36,665 bases of DNA, taken from positions 1-36,665 of the forward strand of contig NW_014569467.1 of the NCBI RefSeq assembly GCF_000743755.1. The letters run 5' to 3'. This document shows, one piece after another, positions 11,429-24,405 of the stretch. The notes beneath the pieces were generated by a model that was given only the letters and a program-made list of their open reading frames with translations, did not search any database and was not told the DNA's origin. Position numbers and translations under genes: made by a program. The stretch's first letter is position 1. Each line of letters opens with the position of its first letter. This DNA comes from Blastocystis sp. subtype 4 (taxonomy: Eukaryota).

Positions 11429-13322
11429 CTATTCCTTTTGTTTCGATTTAAAGAGATCACTGATATCTGCTGTTTTTGTACTTTCACTTAATTCTTTCAT
11501 CAAATCTCCAGCTCCTTGTTCTGGGACAATAAAACTCATCGATCGGTAGTTGATCTCTGACAGAAATGTTTGAATTTCCGAAAAAGACGAATGTTCACTA
11601 CACATCACAATCCATCTCATTTCTCACCTATAAGGAAAACCATACACAAAAATGTTGTTAGATCGACGAAATGAATAATTACATAGTGAAGAATCTGGTG
11701 GTGGTGCCTTTTCGGCAATATGTGCATATTCCCATCCTGTTGGGTTAATAATAATGACCTTAGAAAACCTCGAATCCTAAATCATCATTCAATGTCCTCA
11801 CTTACCAACCCTTCCTTTTGAACAGATTGTATCGAAACGAACCCTCCAATCCAAAGACTAGATATTAGTCGGATCGAAAAAGCAAACGGAGTGGATTCAG
11901 GATCGGTGGTGATGAAAGGCTTATAGTTTGTTTCGTAATCCGCAAAACACTGAATAACCTTCTTACGATTGCTATTTCTCATAGGAGAGTGTAACTCCTA
12001 CGCATTGACATACACTTTTAGACCTAGTTCCTCTGCTGCTGCTAACCACACCTTCTCCTTCCCAATAGAATAGGTACCAAACAATACAACAATCTCCTTG
12101 GGAGAATACAGAAGTGACGAGTAATACGTCTTTAAAACGTGAATCACAGTGTGAATCACCACCTTCTGAGGAGGAAACTTATATTTACTTTGACAATATG
12201 TATTGTCAATGTAGACATGATCAATTTGTTTCCCAGAAGGTTTGGTGTATTCTTGTAAGACACTATCACTGAGAATCTGTGGGGTATAGCGGAAATCTCC
12301 TGTATAGAGTGTAGTAAAGAATAGATGAGCCGAAGTGTCCCATCGGTAGATAGAGAAAAGGAAAATACAGGCACCGGGACAGTGATTAGCTTCAATAACG
12401 TCAATACAGACGATTCGACGCTCGCCAGAGATATCTGTCACATCCTCATTCTGTTGAATCCTCTCAGAAATCAACGATTGGTTAGGAAATGCGTCGTGAA
12501 TCCAGGCAATGACCTTACTATTCTCAACATTGGTCAAGAAGTAACGTTGACCTATTTCCATTGGCACAAATATGGAGTGAGGAAGCGAGTACTTGTTCTC
12601 TACCAAACGGCATGTTGTAGGAGTAGCATAGATCTTCCCTTTCTTGAAGGAAGAACTCAAGCCCGCTGTGTGATCGGAATGCATATGTGATAAGAAGTAG
12701 GTTGAAGTCCAGTTCCCTTTGAAACAGTCCTTTTGGAATCGGGTATGCTAAGTAAGAAAGAAAGGATAGTACTACAAGAATGGAGTTCGGTACATCAATC
12801 TCCGTCTTAGACCTGGATTTTGCAGTTTTGAGTTGAACAGTAGTGGTCTTTGGCTGCGGTATGAGAGCTACTGACTTTGATTTGGATACTCTTGACAGGG
12901 AAGTTGGAGCCACGGATTTAACTTTAGGGCTATGTTTTGAATGACGAGGAATACGGACCGAATCAAGAGGATCACTGATGAGGTAGAAGGATTTTGGTGC
13001 TTCATCAACAGAATGATGAACTTTTTCCATAGGCTTCCCAAAATAATCTCTGATTCCTTTCTTTCCAGAACTAACACTTTCAGAACGCATCAAACACAAG
13101 TTGATGTGATCATTTCGTTGTAGTTCACTCATTCTACTGAGGTTCAATCAAGGAATCCAGAGATAGATGAAAATTGATGGATATGTCTTTGGAGCATATG
13201 CAGCAGAGAAACTGCGAATCTTCGGGAACGTCCTGCTGCTCCCGCTTTTGGCTCTCTACAGTATGCAACATCTCCGCTGGAAGTTCCTGAAATGCCTCTT
13301 CATCTTCCAGCCAATGGCTCAT
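11429..13322 (-). CDS. DNA cross-link repair nuclease SNM1/PSO2 (DCLRE1A-like, MBL/beta-CASP)
   Basis: FLSHMHSDH, EANHCPGA, LYTGDFR, YIDNTY, GTYSIGKE, PTGWE and SEHSSFSEI motifs; CxxCSKDI in the N-terminus. Confidence 0.9.
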
Positions 13323-13424
13323 CTAAACCATAACACAGAACCATGGAAAATATACAGTTTGAAAAAAGGAGCTTGATTCAACAAGAAACAGAAATGAACT
13401 AATTACGTAATAATCAAAAACCAC

Positions 13425-14315
13425 TCATTTATAACCAAGAATCCACCAGAAGGTACTGCTAATCGAGTTCCAAATACCGGAAGACTGAGTGGCAGGCTCT
13501 TCGGCAACCACCTCTTCGTCCGTTTGGATTTCCTCCATGGGCATCAGCACAGGTTCCTGTAGCTCCACGGGTGTCTCAATAGCCTCCGATGCTTCTTCGG
13601 CCTTGGAGATTGCAGCCGCTGCAGCAGCAGCAACACTGGCAGCAGCAGCTTCATCCGATTCTGTATCGGCCTCAGCCCAAGGATCAGGCTTCTTCACCTC
13701 ATCCTTAGCGATGTAACGATGATAACGCTCAATCAGACGACGACGCTGAGGATTCTTATCAGAAAAGACTATCAATAAGAAAGATACAAAAAACGAACAA
13801 GTCCAACTTAAATACAACATGGATACAATGCAGAAGAAGATGACTTTGTTAGAACGAATCCACCTTCCATTCTTCTGAGTGGTCATTGTCTCAAGCATTT
13901 TTGGATCCACAAACAAGACACGAAGATCGGCGGTATTTCCCTCAAAAGGACCCTTACTGAAGTAAACACCGTGATTAGGAGTGATACCAACTTCGGTGAG
14001 ATCCTTCTACCACTTAGGACTTGGACAAACCCAAACCTCAAACTTTGTGATAACATCCTTTGTAACAGTTTCTGAAGAGGTATTGCACACACAATAGTAT
14101 CTTGTTGGCCATCCATATGAGAAATCAAACTTCATCTCCTTCCCATTCTTGGACTTCACCGTCTCCATCTGCAGCTTGTGATGTCCACGCACCTTCATCA
14201 CATTTGCACACTGTTCTGAGAACTCCTTCTGGAGTTTCGCAGCTACTTCTGTTGTTACCTTTTCAACCTCTGTAACTGTGCCAGTAGCGAAGAACCGTCT
14301 TGTTACAAGAAACAT
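13425..14315 (-). CDS. Hypothetical probably mitochondrial-targeted membrane protein with Ala/Glu-rich tail
   Basis: MFLVTRRFFA presequence-like start, one hydrophobic segment and a poly-Ala tract. ORFs 14007-14315 and 13425-13916 appear to be joined by short intron(s). Confidence 0.65.
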
Positions 14316-14469
14316 TCGAAGAGTCCGCTTGCTACAGAACTACTTGTACAAAACAGAGAAACAGTTTCTTGATTATCAATAACACTACTGAACATCTTGC
14401 ATCATACAACTGCTAGAATGCACGAGCATGAACCCATTAGCGCTGAAATGAAGTTTAAACAAACAATAG

Positions 14470-15059
14470 AGAAATCGGAAACAATCCAAGATGATGGCAA
14501 AGATGATGACTCAAGTAGGTAACTGCGATGGTCATTGTTGAAATATCAAATTCAAGATCTTATGAGCTGATTTCTCTTCCATTCTCCACATTTGTGTTGT
14601 CATCACTGAATAGACTTTTGTAGTCGGATCAGATCATTTAAGGCTACTGATAAGGTGAATCTATAAAGACGAATACTTGTCGGGAAATCCTTTTGACGCG
14701 CTTTCATCGTATATATATACTCCTCAGAAGGTTGGTATTCTAAGGAAAATGAAAGATCCAGCCATACCTTGATGTGGAACAGGTATGTTTTCAATTTCAC
14801 TCTTAATCAGTTTCAAATAGTAGGTTTCACCTACAGCTGTACGATAATCCGAGTCCTGTGACATTAGAGCCAAATAACAACTCTTACACAATAGCTCTCC
14901 ATATGTGAACTAGAAACAAACAGAATAAAAGAAACCTTCAATATGAGTTCGGAGAGATACAAAGAGTGATGCAACCTCTTCGCTCCAATTGTATACAAAT
15001 ATGGCAAGACCAATCGTAATAAGTACGAACAGGAAAACAAAGAAGTCTGATAATTCCAT
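14470..15059 (-). CDS. Hypothetical protein with N-terminal transmembrane segment
   Basis: MELSDFFVFLFVLITIGLAIFVY start, fragmented ORFs, and TGTTTGTT at 14465-14458. Boundaries are uncertain. Confidence 0.4.
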
Positions 15060-15097
15060 CTCCTTACTTCCTTTCTTAGGTTTTTCTCTTTCCTTCA

Positions 15098-16070
15098 TCA
15101 GATTCGCAATAATAACGCAATAACTACAACTATCGCATAACCCATCTTCAGCACAGTCCCGGAAAGAACGTCCACAATGGAAGCAGTAGCTCTGTTCACC
15201 GTCTACTATATGTTAGAAAATGAGCCAAAAACACACAAATCGCCAAAGCATCGGTACGTGTCTTGCAAGCAGAAATAGCCCTTACAAGAGAGATAAACAA
15301 CTCCAGTTCCTGAACAGAATTGCCACATATTGTAGAGTCGATTGAAGTGGATTCTACAGGATTCGCTTCTTTTGTTGAATCACTGGATACCTGCTCATTC
15401 ACGATCGTTCCATTTTCTGTCGTGCTTTCACTGACATTTTTCATCGTTTGGCTTGCCATTGTCCTTGCCATTTCAGCAATACGACGTTCTAACCCAATAA
15501 TCTCTCGATTCTTCTTTGAAATCATATTCTTCAAAGTAACAATTTCGGATTCTTCCCTGAGATCTGCACGACGCTCTGCTGCTTTTCCATCAAGTAGCTG
15601 TTGTTTCTCGTTAGTAAGGGTGGCAATGGATTTCTCCAGCAGTTCAATCTTATTTTTCAGTACATTTATCTCACTCTTCAAGCCAATCTCCCGCTGCTTC
15701 ATTCTCCATATTTCTATCTTCATAAACACAATCAATCAGCTACTTTTCTTGTATCGATCAATATCCGAAGTCTGTTCTCTTACATGCTTGAGAGTCATTT
15801 TGTATTGATTGAATTTCTCTTTCCAAGCATCAGAAATCTCGATTCCTTCTTTCAGTAAAACGTCTTCAGCATTTTCAGGAACGTAAATCTCATCACCAAC
15901 ATCCATTTCCTCGTCCTATTCATGATTTACATCAATAGTGAGATCAACATTAAAATCCAGATCATCAACTACTGGAACAACATCACTAATCTCCCCCTCT
16001 ACATCAAAGGATCCCCTCTATAAAACACAATAGGATGAATAATCGATACAGCTACATCTTTGGTCTCCAT
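15098..16070 (-). CDS. Coiled-coil protein, probably tail-anchored
   Basis: Acidic N-terminus and heptad-rich middle. The spliced last exon reads ...MGYAIVVVIALLLRI* (TGA at 15100-15098). Confidence 0.6.
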
Positions 16071-16146
16071 GATCACGAGTTTGAATGGAAAGGAGACAAG
16101 AATTGGGTAGCCCAATTCTTGACCGAAGAAGCCTATTCTTCATATC

Positions 16147-17477
16147 ATGCCTCGAAACGTGTTTTATTACATTCAAAAGGAGCCAGGATCCGATATAATG
16201 CATCCTGATTGTTTTTCATTGAACAAGTATTCTAGAGGTTGTTGTTCCAGTATAGAGAAAACGATGTTACAGTCCGAGATGTTCTGGATGCCTTTCCGCT
16301 CTCCCGTTTTGGGAGATATCATCTTCGCTTTCGGAAGAATACAGATGATTCGTATCAATGGATCGAACCCCAAGAAGTTGATGGTCCTTGTCCTATCTAC
16401 AATGGTGTCATTTTTCTGAAGGTGCTAAATCTTGGTTGTTGTTTTCAGGTGTTGTGAGTTATAGATAAAATGGGATTGAGTACGCAGCGAATTTCAATCG
16501 AAGACTCGATTCCTTATGAAGAAGAGACCGATACAGTTGACTTCATTAGTGATGATGTCGAAGTGGAGTTTTCAGACACCTTCCAGGATTCCTACAATGA
16601 ATCAGAGAGCTCAAGTGTTCCTAATGTTCGTTCAGATACTTCAGATATCCCACTTCACTCAGAACAATCTCCAACTACTCCGAATGACTCTGTCTTCACA
16701 TTCGTATCGTATGTATGTTCTCTCGCATATCACACAGTGTTGAATCGGATGATCTTCGTCCTCAGTATGTGAATGACAAACCGGAACCGTTAGCGAAGCC
16801 AGCTTTCTCAGCACCTCCCATCATCGAAGAGGCTCCAGTAAAGTATGTTTTACCTCTCCTATGTACTGTAGTCTCAAGTATGTAACAAAGAAAGATATCC
16901 AATTGGATGAAGAAGCCAGCAAACTGACAGCCACATCGTATGAGGGTAAGAGTGAGACAGTGGTGGCTGCAATGAAGGCCCGCGAAGAACAGCTTCGGGA
17001 ACGTCAGATCAAGGCACTGATGGAGAAGAAAGAGAGAGAGATTGCCAGCGAAGTGAAGGAGGAAGAGCGCGATGCAGCGAAGGCCAAGTATGGCAAGCAG
17101 CTGAATGCATGGGCATATGATATGGGAGGAGAGCGCAAGAATATTCGCACGCTGTTGTCCACCGTAGATTTGAATAAAATCATAAACAGTAGATGCATAC
17201 TGTGATGTGGTCTGAGGCAGAATTCAAGCCCATCTCGATGGCTCAACTCCTGGATCCCGATAAAGTGAAACTGTATTATCGTAAAGCAATGCTTGTAGAC
17301 TCGAAGAGTCAGATTGATTTATAGCGTGTACATCCTGATAAGGTTGCGGGAGGAACTGCAGATCAAGTATACATCGCTCAACGTATCTTTGAAGCTCTGA
17401 ACAATGCTTGGTCTACCTTTCAAGAGCAAGAACGAGCCAGAAACTCAGTGTTTGGTTTATATTCCTCTCTTTGTTGA
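16147..17477 (+). CDS. Auxilin-like J-domain protein with N-terminal DIX-like domain
   Basis: The C-terminus is auxilin-type (KNIRTLLST, VKLYYRKAML, VHPDK at 17331, IFEALNNAW). The N-terminus (VFYYI..VTVRDV..YHLRFR..PIYNGVIFLKVL) resembles DIX. The stop may be created at T17463. Confidence 0.8.
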
Positions 17478-17500
17478 AACAAATAAATTAAAACAACCAA

Positions 17501-18277
17501 CTACGCCTTCAATGCATCTGATTTGAGTGTAAATACCTTCCTTCCAATGGCCAGCAACACAAGACCAACGATCAAGTGAACAGCAACATACAACCATCCT
17601 CCCAGCAGTTCTTGGTTCTTCAAATACGACATCAGACCAGGAACCAGCAGATGGATTCCAAGGAAGATAAAGTTAAAAACAGTCGGAGCCATCTTACCCT
17701 TGGCACAAAGTGCTAACCAACAAGCAAGAGCGAATGAAAGTGTGAAGATGAAATCACAAGTGGCATCAAGACTGAATTGAATCCACTTGTAGTCTACCTC
17801 AGGACTACGAGAATATACAATGAGGGGAAGAATCTTCGATGATATCACCTCTGTAGCACTCCAGCCTAAAGTCACCAACTCAATTCGACTCATAATATCA
17901 ATCTTGTAGGAATTAATCAAATAAGCAAGGGCCATCGCATCAATCAAATATGTAAAAGAATAAAGAACCTCCTAGACATAATATGCCCAAACAAACTATA
18001 CGTTCCAGAGTGATAGTTGAGCATCTCCACTCACATTTGCCAGGGTAGCTGTGACTGCGAACTAGATTCTGAATAGAAAGAAACGACAATACCTTCATAA
18101 TCGATGAAAGTATGAACCCTAACCCCGATTTAAAGAGAATTCCATACTGACCTTGTGAATTCCTAGGTGATTAAAAAACTCGATGGTCAAAAGTCCCTAC
18201 AGTCCAGATGCCTTGTAGTAGACGACAAAGGGGGCAACAGTTAGAATAATACAATTCAAACAGTGAAAGAAGGTCAT
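17501..18277 (-). CDS. TMEM147: TMEM147 (BOS complex subunit)
   Basis: MTFFHCLNCIILTVAPFVVYYKASGL matches the TMEM147 N-terminus; LGWSATE motif; multiple TM segments. Confidence 0.85.
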
Positions 18278-18405
18278 GGTGAAGAGAATCTGTGTGCAAG
18301 AGAATGAAGGAATTGGCCAGATTTCTAGCATATCTCACTCCAAAAATCGCTAATCTCGTTCTCCTCTTTCAGAATTAAGCATTTCAACCCATTCTGAGCT
18401 GAAAT

Positions 18406-19334
18406 ATGTTTGCTAGAAGCCTCTGCTCCATATCCAGAAATGCTGTTCGCAGTTCTGTTGTTCTTCCTCAGATTCCTGCAAAAGCCTTCTCCACTGATAT
18501 GAAAGTGGAAACAGGTCCTAAGAAGGTACAGCGCTCTAGTTCAAATGTCACCAATTAGCCATCCTATAAGCTGTTTGATGTTTTCCGTTATCGCCCTGAA
18601 ACGGATAGGAAGCCTCAGATGACACGATATGCTGTCGATGTGAACAAGTTTATTTGGGCAGCTCGGGATAATACGTAGTTGTGGAACGATGGTTTTGGAT
18701 GCTTTGTTCCAGATCAAGAACAATGTCGATCCTACTTTCTCCTTCCGAAGGTAATTATTCTTCTCGTTTTTAAGGCTCTAGATCCTGCCGTGAGGGTATT
18801 TGCGGATCTTGTGCCATGAACATCAATGGAGAGAATGGACTGGCTTGTCTCACGAAGATCAGCCCGGGAAGAAACACAATGACTATTCGTCCTCTTCCTC
18901 ATATGTTTGTGATCAAGGATCTGGTTACTGACATGACCAACTTCTATGAACAGTATGCCTCTATTAAGCCCTGGCTTCAGAAGAAGACAAAGGTGGACAC
19001 CAATTACGAGGTGGAGAATCTTCAGTCCTATGAGGATCGTTTGCTTCTGGATGGTTTGTATGAGTGTATTCTGTGTGCTTGTTGCTCTACATCCTGCCCT
19101 TCCTATTGGTGGCATCCTGACAAGTACTTGGGTCCTTCTATTCTCCAGCAAGCCTATCGTTGGATTGCGGATTCCCGTGATGAGATGACAGAGGAGCGTT
19201 TGAAAAGTTTGGACGATACTTACAAGCTGTATCGTTGTCATGCTATTATGAACTGCACACATGCTTGTCCTAAGAATCTCAATCCTGGTCGTTCGATTCA
19301 CAAGCTGAAGCATGCTATTCATAAGATGCACTGA
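18406..19334 (+). CDS. SDHB: Succinate dehydrogenase iron-sulfur subunit
   Basis: [31 protein letters not shown] and [19 protein letters not shown] motifs, after a presequence. Confidence 0.97.
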
Positions 19335-19430
19335 GCTTTTCGTAATTACATTCCTTTTATTATGTTTGTTATTATAATTGAATTGTCCACTTTTCATATT
19401 CTGCCGTGTATCACATCTTTCTTCAGTTAA

Positions 19431-20084
19431 ATGTCGTATGATAAGTATCGTGGCTATTACTGTCTTTGCTGGACATGCTGGATATTCATAGTGTTAGCAA
19501 TAGCAATAGTTGGAATTGGGTTTGGAATCGAAGCAGATGCGGGCCTCATTCTCATTTCTGGAATTGAGCGTTATTCTTTCTGGATCAAGGTATTTGGAAT
19601 AATACTAGCTTCTTGGGCCTTCCTTGGTGTTTGTTCTAGTTGTGGTGGATGTCTTATCTACTTGTTTTCCATTGCATCAGGAATCTTATGTGTCACCTTT
19701 TTGGTTCTTGGCATTCTTAGTCTAGTGTATTTTCTCATCATTGAAGTACCATTTTCGATATTCTCTAATTTCTAGTCTGAAGGTGGGGATGGAAATACTA
19801 CGAATCAGATATTAACCAGATTGGCATCATGGGTTCAAACGAGTGGTTCAGTTCCAATTTTTAATGAAACTCAGTATCTTCTCAACTGTTGTGGTTTTGG
19901 AGAGTATCAGAAGACACATCCTAATTGTACTATTTTAGCTAATTGCCGAGACACACTTCGGAGTGACATGGCACTTATCTTTGAAGTAGCTACAGTTCTT
20001 TGTGGTGTCTTTGTCGTTTACTTTGTGTTCCTCGTTTTCCCTGCTTGTACTCGTATGAAAAGCTTCAAACGCTTTTCTCGTTGA
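19431..20084 (+). CDS. Tetraspanin-like protein
   Basis: Three N-terminal TM segments, a loop with the CCG motif (LNCCGF) plus two more Cys, a fourth TM segment and a short basic tail. Confidence 0.75.
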
Positions 20085-20107
20085 GATTGTTTGTGGATAA
20101 ACAGGAT
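20084..20107. terminator. Back-to-back bidirectional polyadenylation elements
   Basis: TGTTTGTG (+, 20088-20095) abuts TGTTTATC (-, 20103-20096). Each lies 4 nt from a partial stop codon. Confidence 0.65.
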
Positions 20108-20617
20108 ATAATTTTACTCGTTTCTCAAATTCCTTGGGGTCATGGAGAAGAAGATTGGCTGCTTCTTCATTCAACGGATCTGTAGGATTTGGTTCACTCA
20201 GCAAGTACTGAAGTGAGCATGCTACTTGAGATAGGTCAATCGAAGGCATCCAGTCCTCGCGTAACACATTTAGACACACACGACCCTCCTCATCAATATT
20301 AGGATGGAAAATCTACATCAAAAACCACTTCAGCACTCACTGGAGTTGCAAGTCGCACTTTGTAAGGTTCAAAAGGAAAGAACTCGGTAATTGTAACATG
20401 AAATTCAAATCTACATTATAAGTACTACTATTAGCTTCACTCTTGGTTTGCATAATATCCATAGCTTGGTCGAATGAGTAAGTCGACATGTTCAATATCA
20501 TTTAAATCGTTTATTCTTAGTTGAATACCCTCAGTCTCTTCAAACGAATCCAAATCTATCCTTTTAGTATGCAGTCTCATAACAACCCTTTCGGATCCGT
20601 TCATCTCTCATTGCCAT
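20108..20617 (-). CDS. NEDD8-conjugating enzyme Ubc12-like E2; stop probably made by polyadenylation
   Basis: IFHPNIDEEGRVCLNVLREDWMP and LLSEPNPTDPLNEEAA are Ubc12-type. The genomic stop is only at 19935, inside the tetraspanin gene. Confidence 0.85.
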
Positions 20618-20827
20618 ATTGTAGATATCCCTAGAAGTATCAACATTCCTATTTATCATTTCGCGAATGCGAATCATGATGAACTTTGCAGAATATATTC
20701 TGGTTTGAATCGTTAGTAGAACAGACAATTACGAACTAAAAGGAAACAATTAATCTGAACAGCGTACAATTAGGAGTTTAAGGCTATATTCAAGAAACAA
20801 GTTGATAGCTATATTGTACAAAGAATA

Positions 20828-23308
20828 CTACAAATGCTTTTCCGCATTGTTCAGAGCCTCTTGAACATTGATGGGAAGGTTCCGTGCACACTGAATAACC
20901 AGTTCCTAGAATTCACAATGCAACCTTAATTCAACTTTCGTAACTAGCGAGATCATTTCAGGCTGTTTCCATCGTTCATCATGTGCCGTCTCTCGTAGCT
21001 GTCGAATCACTTGGCGCATAATCTCATTATCCATCGCATGCTGCTTGTACAGTTGCATCGCTCGACTTCCCTGGGGTTGGAGAAAGGGATGTTGGAGAAG
21101 ACCTCCTGGTCCTTCAATAGGAGGTCGCCGCTTCGGATCACGCTGTAGACAGGACTGAATCACATCCAACAACCAGGGGTTCCTTCAAATGACTAACAAG
21201 CCCTAGATATACGGGATAGGTGGGAACGGAATCTCATACGACTCCTGGGTAATGGCCATGAGCTTCTGAGAAAGAGGGAGATTTCCCCAGGGTGACTGTT
21301 GGTACACGATTTGATAGAGAATGCATCCTAATGACCACACATCGGTGGATGGTCGAATCTATTCGTAATCTCCACACAAACAACCCTACACGAACTCCCT
21401 TATGTCCCACCCCATCTCCCACATCTAACAAGGCTTCCGGTGATATGTAGTTGATGGTTCCGACTTGACTCTCACGGAGGATACTTGTAGCCTCCGCTGA
21501 CATTGCACGAGCAATCCCAAAATCAATCAATTTCAATGTTCCTTTCACAAAGAGGAAATTGGCTGGTTTGAGATCACTGTGAATGATGTTGTGTTTGTGG
21601 ATCACATGGACAGCAGTAAGCATCTGCTGCCAAGCAAAACGAATCATGTTACTATCAAGAGTGCGGTTTCGTTTCTTCATATCCGATAGAAAGCACTTGA
21701 GATCTGCTTCACCACATTCCATTAACTATCGATGAGACTAACACTCTATTCACACAATGAACAACTCCTTAGTCTCTGCTCGTAATTCGTAGTCAATCAT
21801 GTTAATAATACCTGGAGACCCACGCAGTTGCTCCAGTAACTTCACTTCGTTCACAAAGTCATTATACTGGTAGGATGGAATATTCGCTAGATTAACACAC
21901 TTCAAAGCGAATATCTCATTCGCTTCATCCAGAACACGATAAACAACACAACTTCCTCCCGTTCCGATCTTTTTCAACTTGATAAATGACTTCCCGTTTA
22001 CTGTAACTCGATCCTGAAGGTTTTTCGGATCAGAACGGCGTCTTTCTGCCGAAAGTGGAGAGATTTCTTCTCCAACGAGAGATGACTTCCCAGATGCACT
22101 AGAGTGACGTTTTGAATCATTTCGATTCGTTGGAACCACACTTGGAGAGTCAGGGAGAGAGGGAACGCGCGTGGTTTCCGAAACAACAGGAACACGATTT
22201 ACTTCCACAGAACTTCGCTTTCTAGATTGCGGTCCTGTCTCTGTCCTCGAAAGACTCGTATGGATCTCCAGATGATCTCCGTATTCCATATCTGGCATCG
22301 ACTTAACAACTCGACGAGCTCCACCTGTTCCTAAACCATTTCGACATCCCATACCCGACTTGAGCAGCAATGGTCTCCATGACATTGATCGATTACTCTC
22401 CTTGTTGGGTGTATTCATCAAGCGACTAGATCATCATACAACAAATGATGAATGAGTGCCAGAAATCAGCCGCATTTTCGGTCTTCATTTAAAACCTTCG
22501 TTCACTCACACCGTGAAGTGTTCTTGAAGATGAGTCTACTCATCATACTCTTTGCTTTTTTGAGTATTACTGGACATTGCCAAAGAGTTCGGGAGACAAG
22601 AACTTCGGAAACTGCTTCCCTAAGTTATGGAAATGACTATTATGAGTCTGTATTTACGGTAATTTATCGATTCCTATGGATGAATGATAGCGACTTGTTG
22701 ATGCAACCGAATTTAACTCCTTGGCCATTTCCGGTACATTGCTCTACTTTGCAAATATGACATCAACTGTATTGGCTATAGATTTTTCTCAAACGTATAG
22801 ATTGACAGTTATATCCAGGTTCTTAGTCGCGTTCAAGTTGATACATACCTCATTCTTCTTTCTCCCAATTCTACGGATTCTTCTTCGTGTTCTATTTCCT
22901 ATCAAGGTTCTGATCTAGAGGAGGATCAGAGGATGGATATATCCTTTTGTCTATATGTATTTGTGGATATCTTAACAATCAATCTGATTTAGCTGCCTAT
23001 ATTACTTCGTTTCCTTCTCTCTCCATTCGGGTATTGGTGAAATTCATTAGTGATACGTAGCAAAAAGCATTGGACGATAACCTCCATATAGTGTTGGATC
23101 TCCAACCGCGGTTGTCACTTCTTCCCAGTTCCTCTTCGTTCCTCTTTCTTTCTCTACAGGGATGTTCATACACTGAAATTCATGAATTAGCCCATTATTT
23201 GACAGCATATCCAAAAACATGTAATGTATTTTTGCAATCATAATGCATAGTGTATCTATTGAGTATATTTGATTTGTTGGATGTGGATGATTCCAAAGAG
23301 GAGGTCAT
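20828..23308 (-). CDS. MPS1: Mps1/TTK spindle-checkpoint kinase
   Basis: IGTGGSCVVY, HSDLKPANFLFVKGTLKLIDFGIA and RESQVGTINYISPEAL. The extent of the N-terminus is approximate. Confidence 0.85.
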
Positions 23309-23369
23309 GAAGATAGCTTCCGTTTGTTTTTATTCTTTTGTTTATATCTAGATCTACACTAAGTCAGCA

Positions 23370-24374
23370 ATGAAAAGTGATTATGAGTCCCTTTCTACTG
23401 CCTCCTCCTCAATCTCTTGTAATTGGAACGGTCCTGCTTTAGCATTGGCCTTTGGATCCTTCTACGATGCTTACTATCCTTTCAAATCCAATGAAGCCAT
23501 TTGTAAGAATCAGAATGTGGTTTCATTCTAGTCATCAATCTGATCGCTCCTTATGGTGTTATGAGAAAGAAACCTCTAATCTGTGAGTACAGTGAATTCC
23601 ATTCATTATAGATGCATTATTCAATTCATCTCTGCCTCGTGTGATTGAAGCACAGGTGAACGAGGCACAGTCTGAAGCATCACTAAGAAAATCTCTGCTA
23701 ACAATTCCTTCATTCAATGAACATCATTGTGTCGTAATATCTTGGTTCAATGCATCGTAAGATTCTCGTTCAGATTATTCTTTAGAAATCACTTGTTGTT
23801 TCATTCTGGATGCCTGATTCCAGCAGATATATCAATCACAGCGGCAGAATACACCACATTCTATCTGAAACAGGGATGGAATCGATTATCAAAAGAATTT
23901 CGAGAGAAAGAGACTACTGTATGCATTAGTCTTGTTTATCATATCCTTGCTATTCATACTTCCTGCTTCCTTCATTAGATACGGCTTCGTGAAATCGTTC
24001 TTTCACCTCATTTCCAACAGATTCAGGCACTGAGTATTGATTCTTCGTATCAAGAAACTCCTATGTTGGCAAAGGAAAAGCGTCCTTTGGTCATCTCAAG
24101 TCCTGTGCGTTCTGTGACGAATATCACGAGTCAGGTATAATTTGGAATGATGAATGATTGATAGGTATTTGAAGGAATTCATAATTTGTATCTTGTAAGA
24201 CCTGGAGAAGGGGTTGGTCTTGTTATGAAAGCACAACTACAGGGTTCATTGAATAATTCACTTTCTCTACTCTGTAATACGAATGATGATCAGTGCTGGA
24301 GACTAACAAAGAATGCTCTTTTTGCTTTCCGTTCATCAGATTATTTTATGAAGATTTCTGCAATTCGCTTTTAG
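23370..24374 (+). CDS. Hypothetical multi-exon protein
   Basis: MKSDYESL... start, open exons separated by short GT-AG segments, ending ...KISAIRF*. Confidence 0.5.
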
Positions 24375-24405
24375 AAGAAACATGTTTCCAATACACACCA
24401 ACTGC

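Noticed and set aside
11248..11487. ORF suggesting SNM1 abuts the PSMA1 start
   Set aside because: The conserved SNM1 frame stops at 11429 and is followed by TGTTTGTT at 11419-11412.
5619..13322. Fragmented ORFs read as pseudogenes, frameshifts or a reassigned genetic code
   Set aside because: The breaks I examined are explained by ~30-nt GT-AG introns that restore conserved frames.
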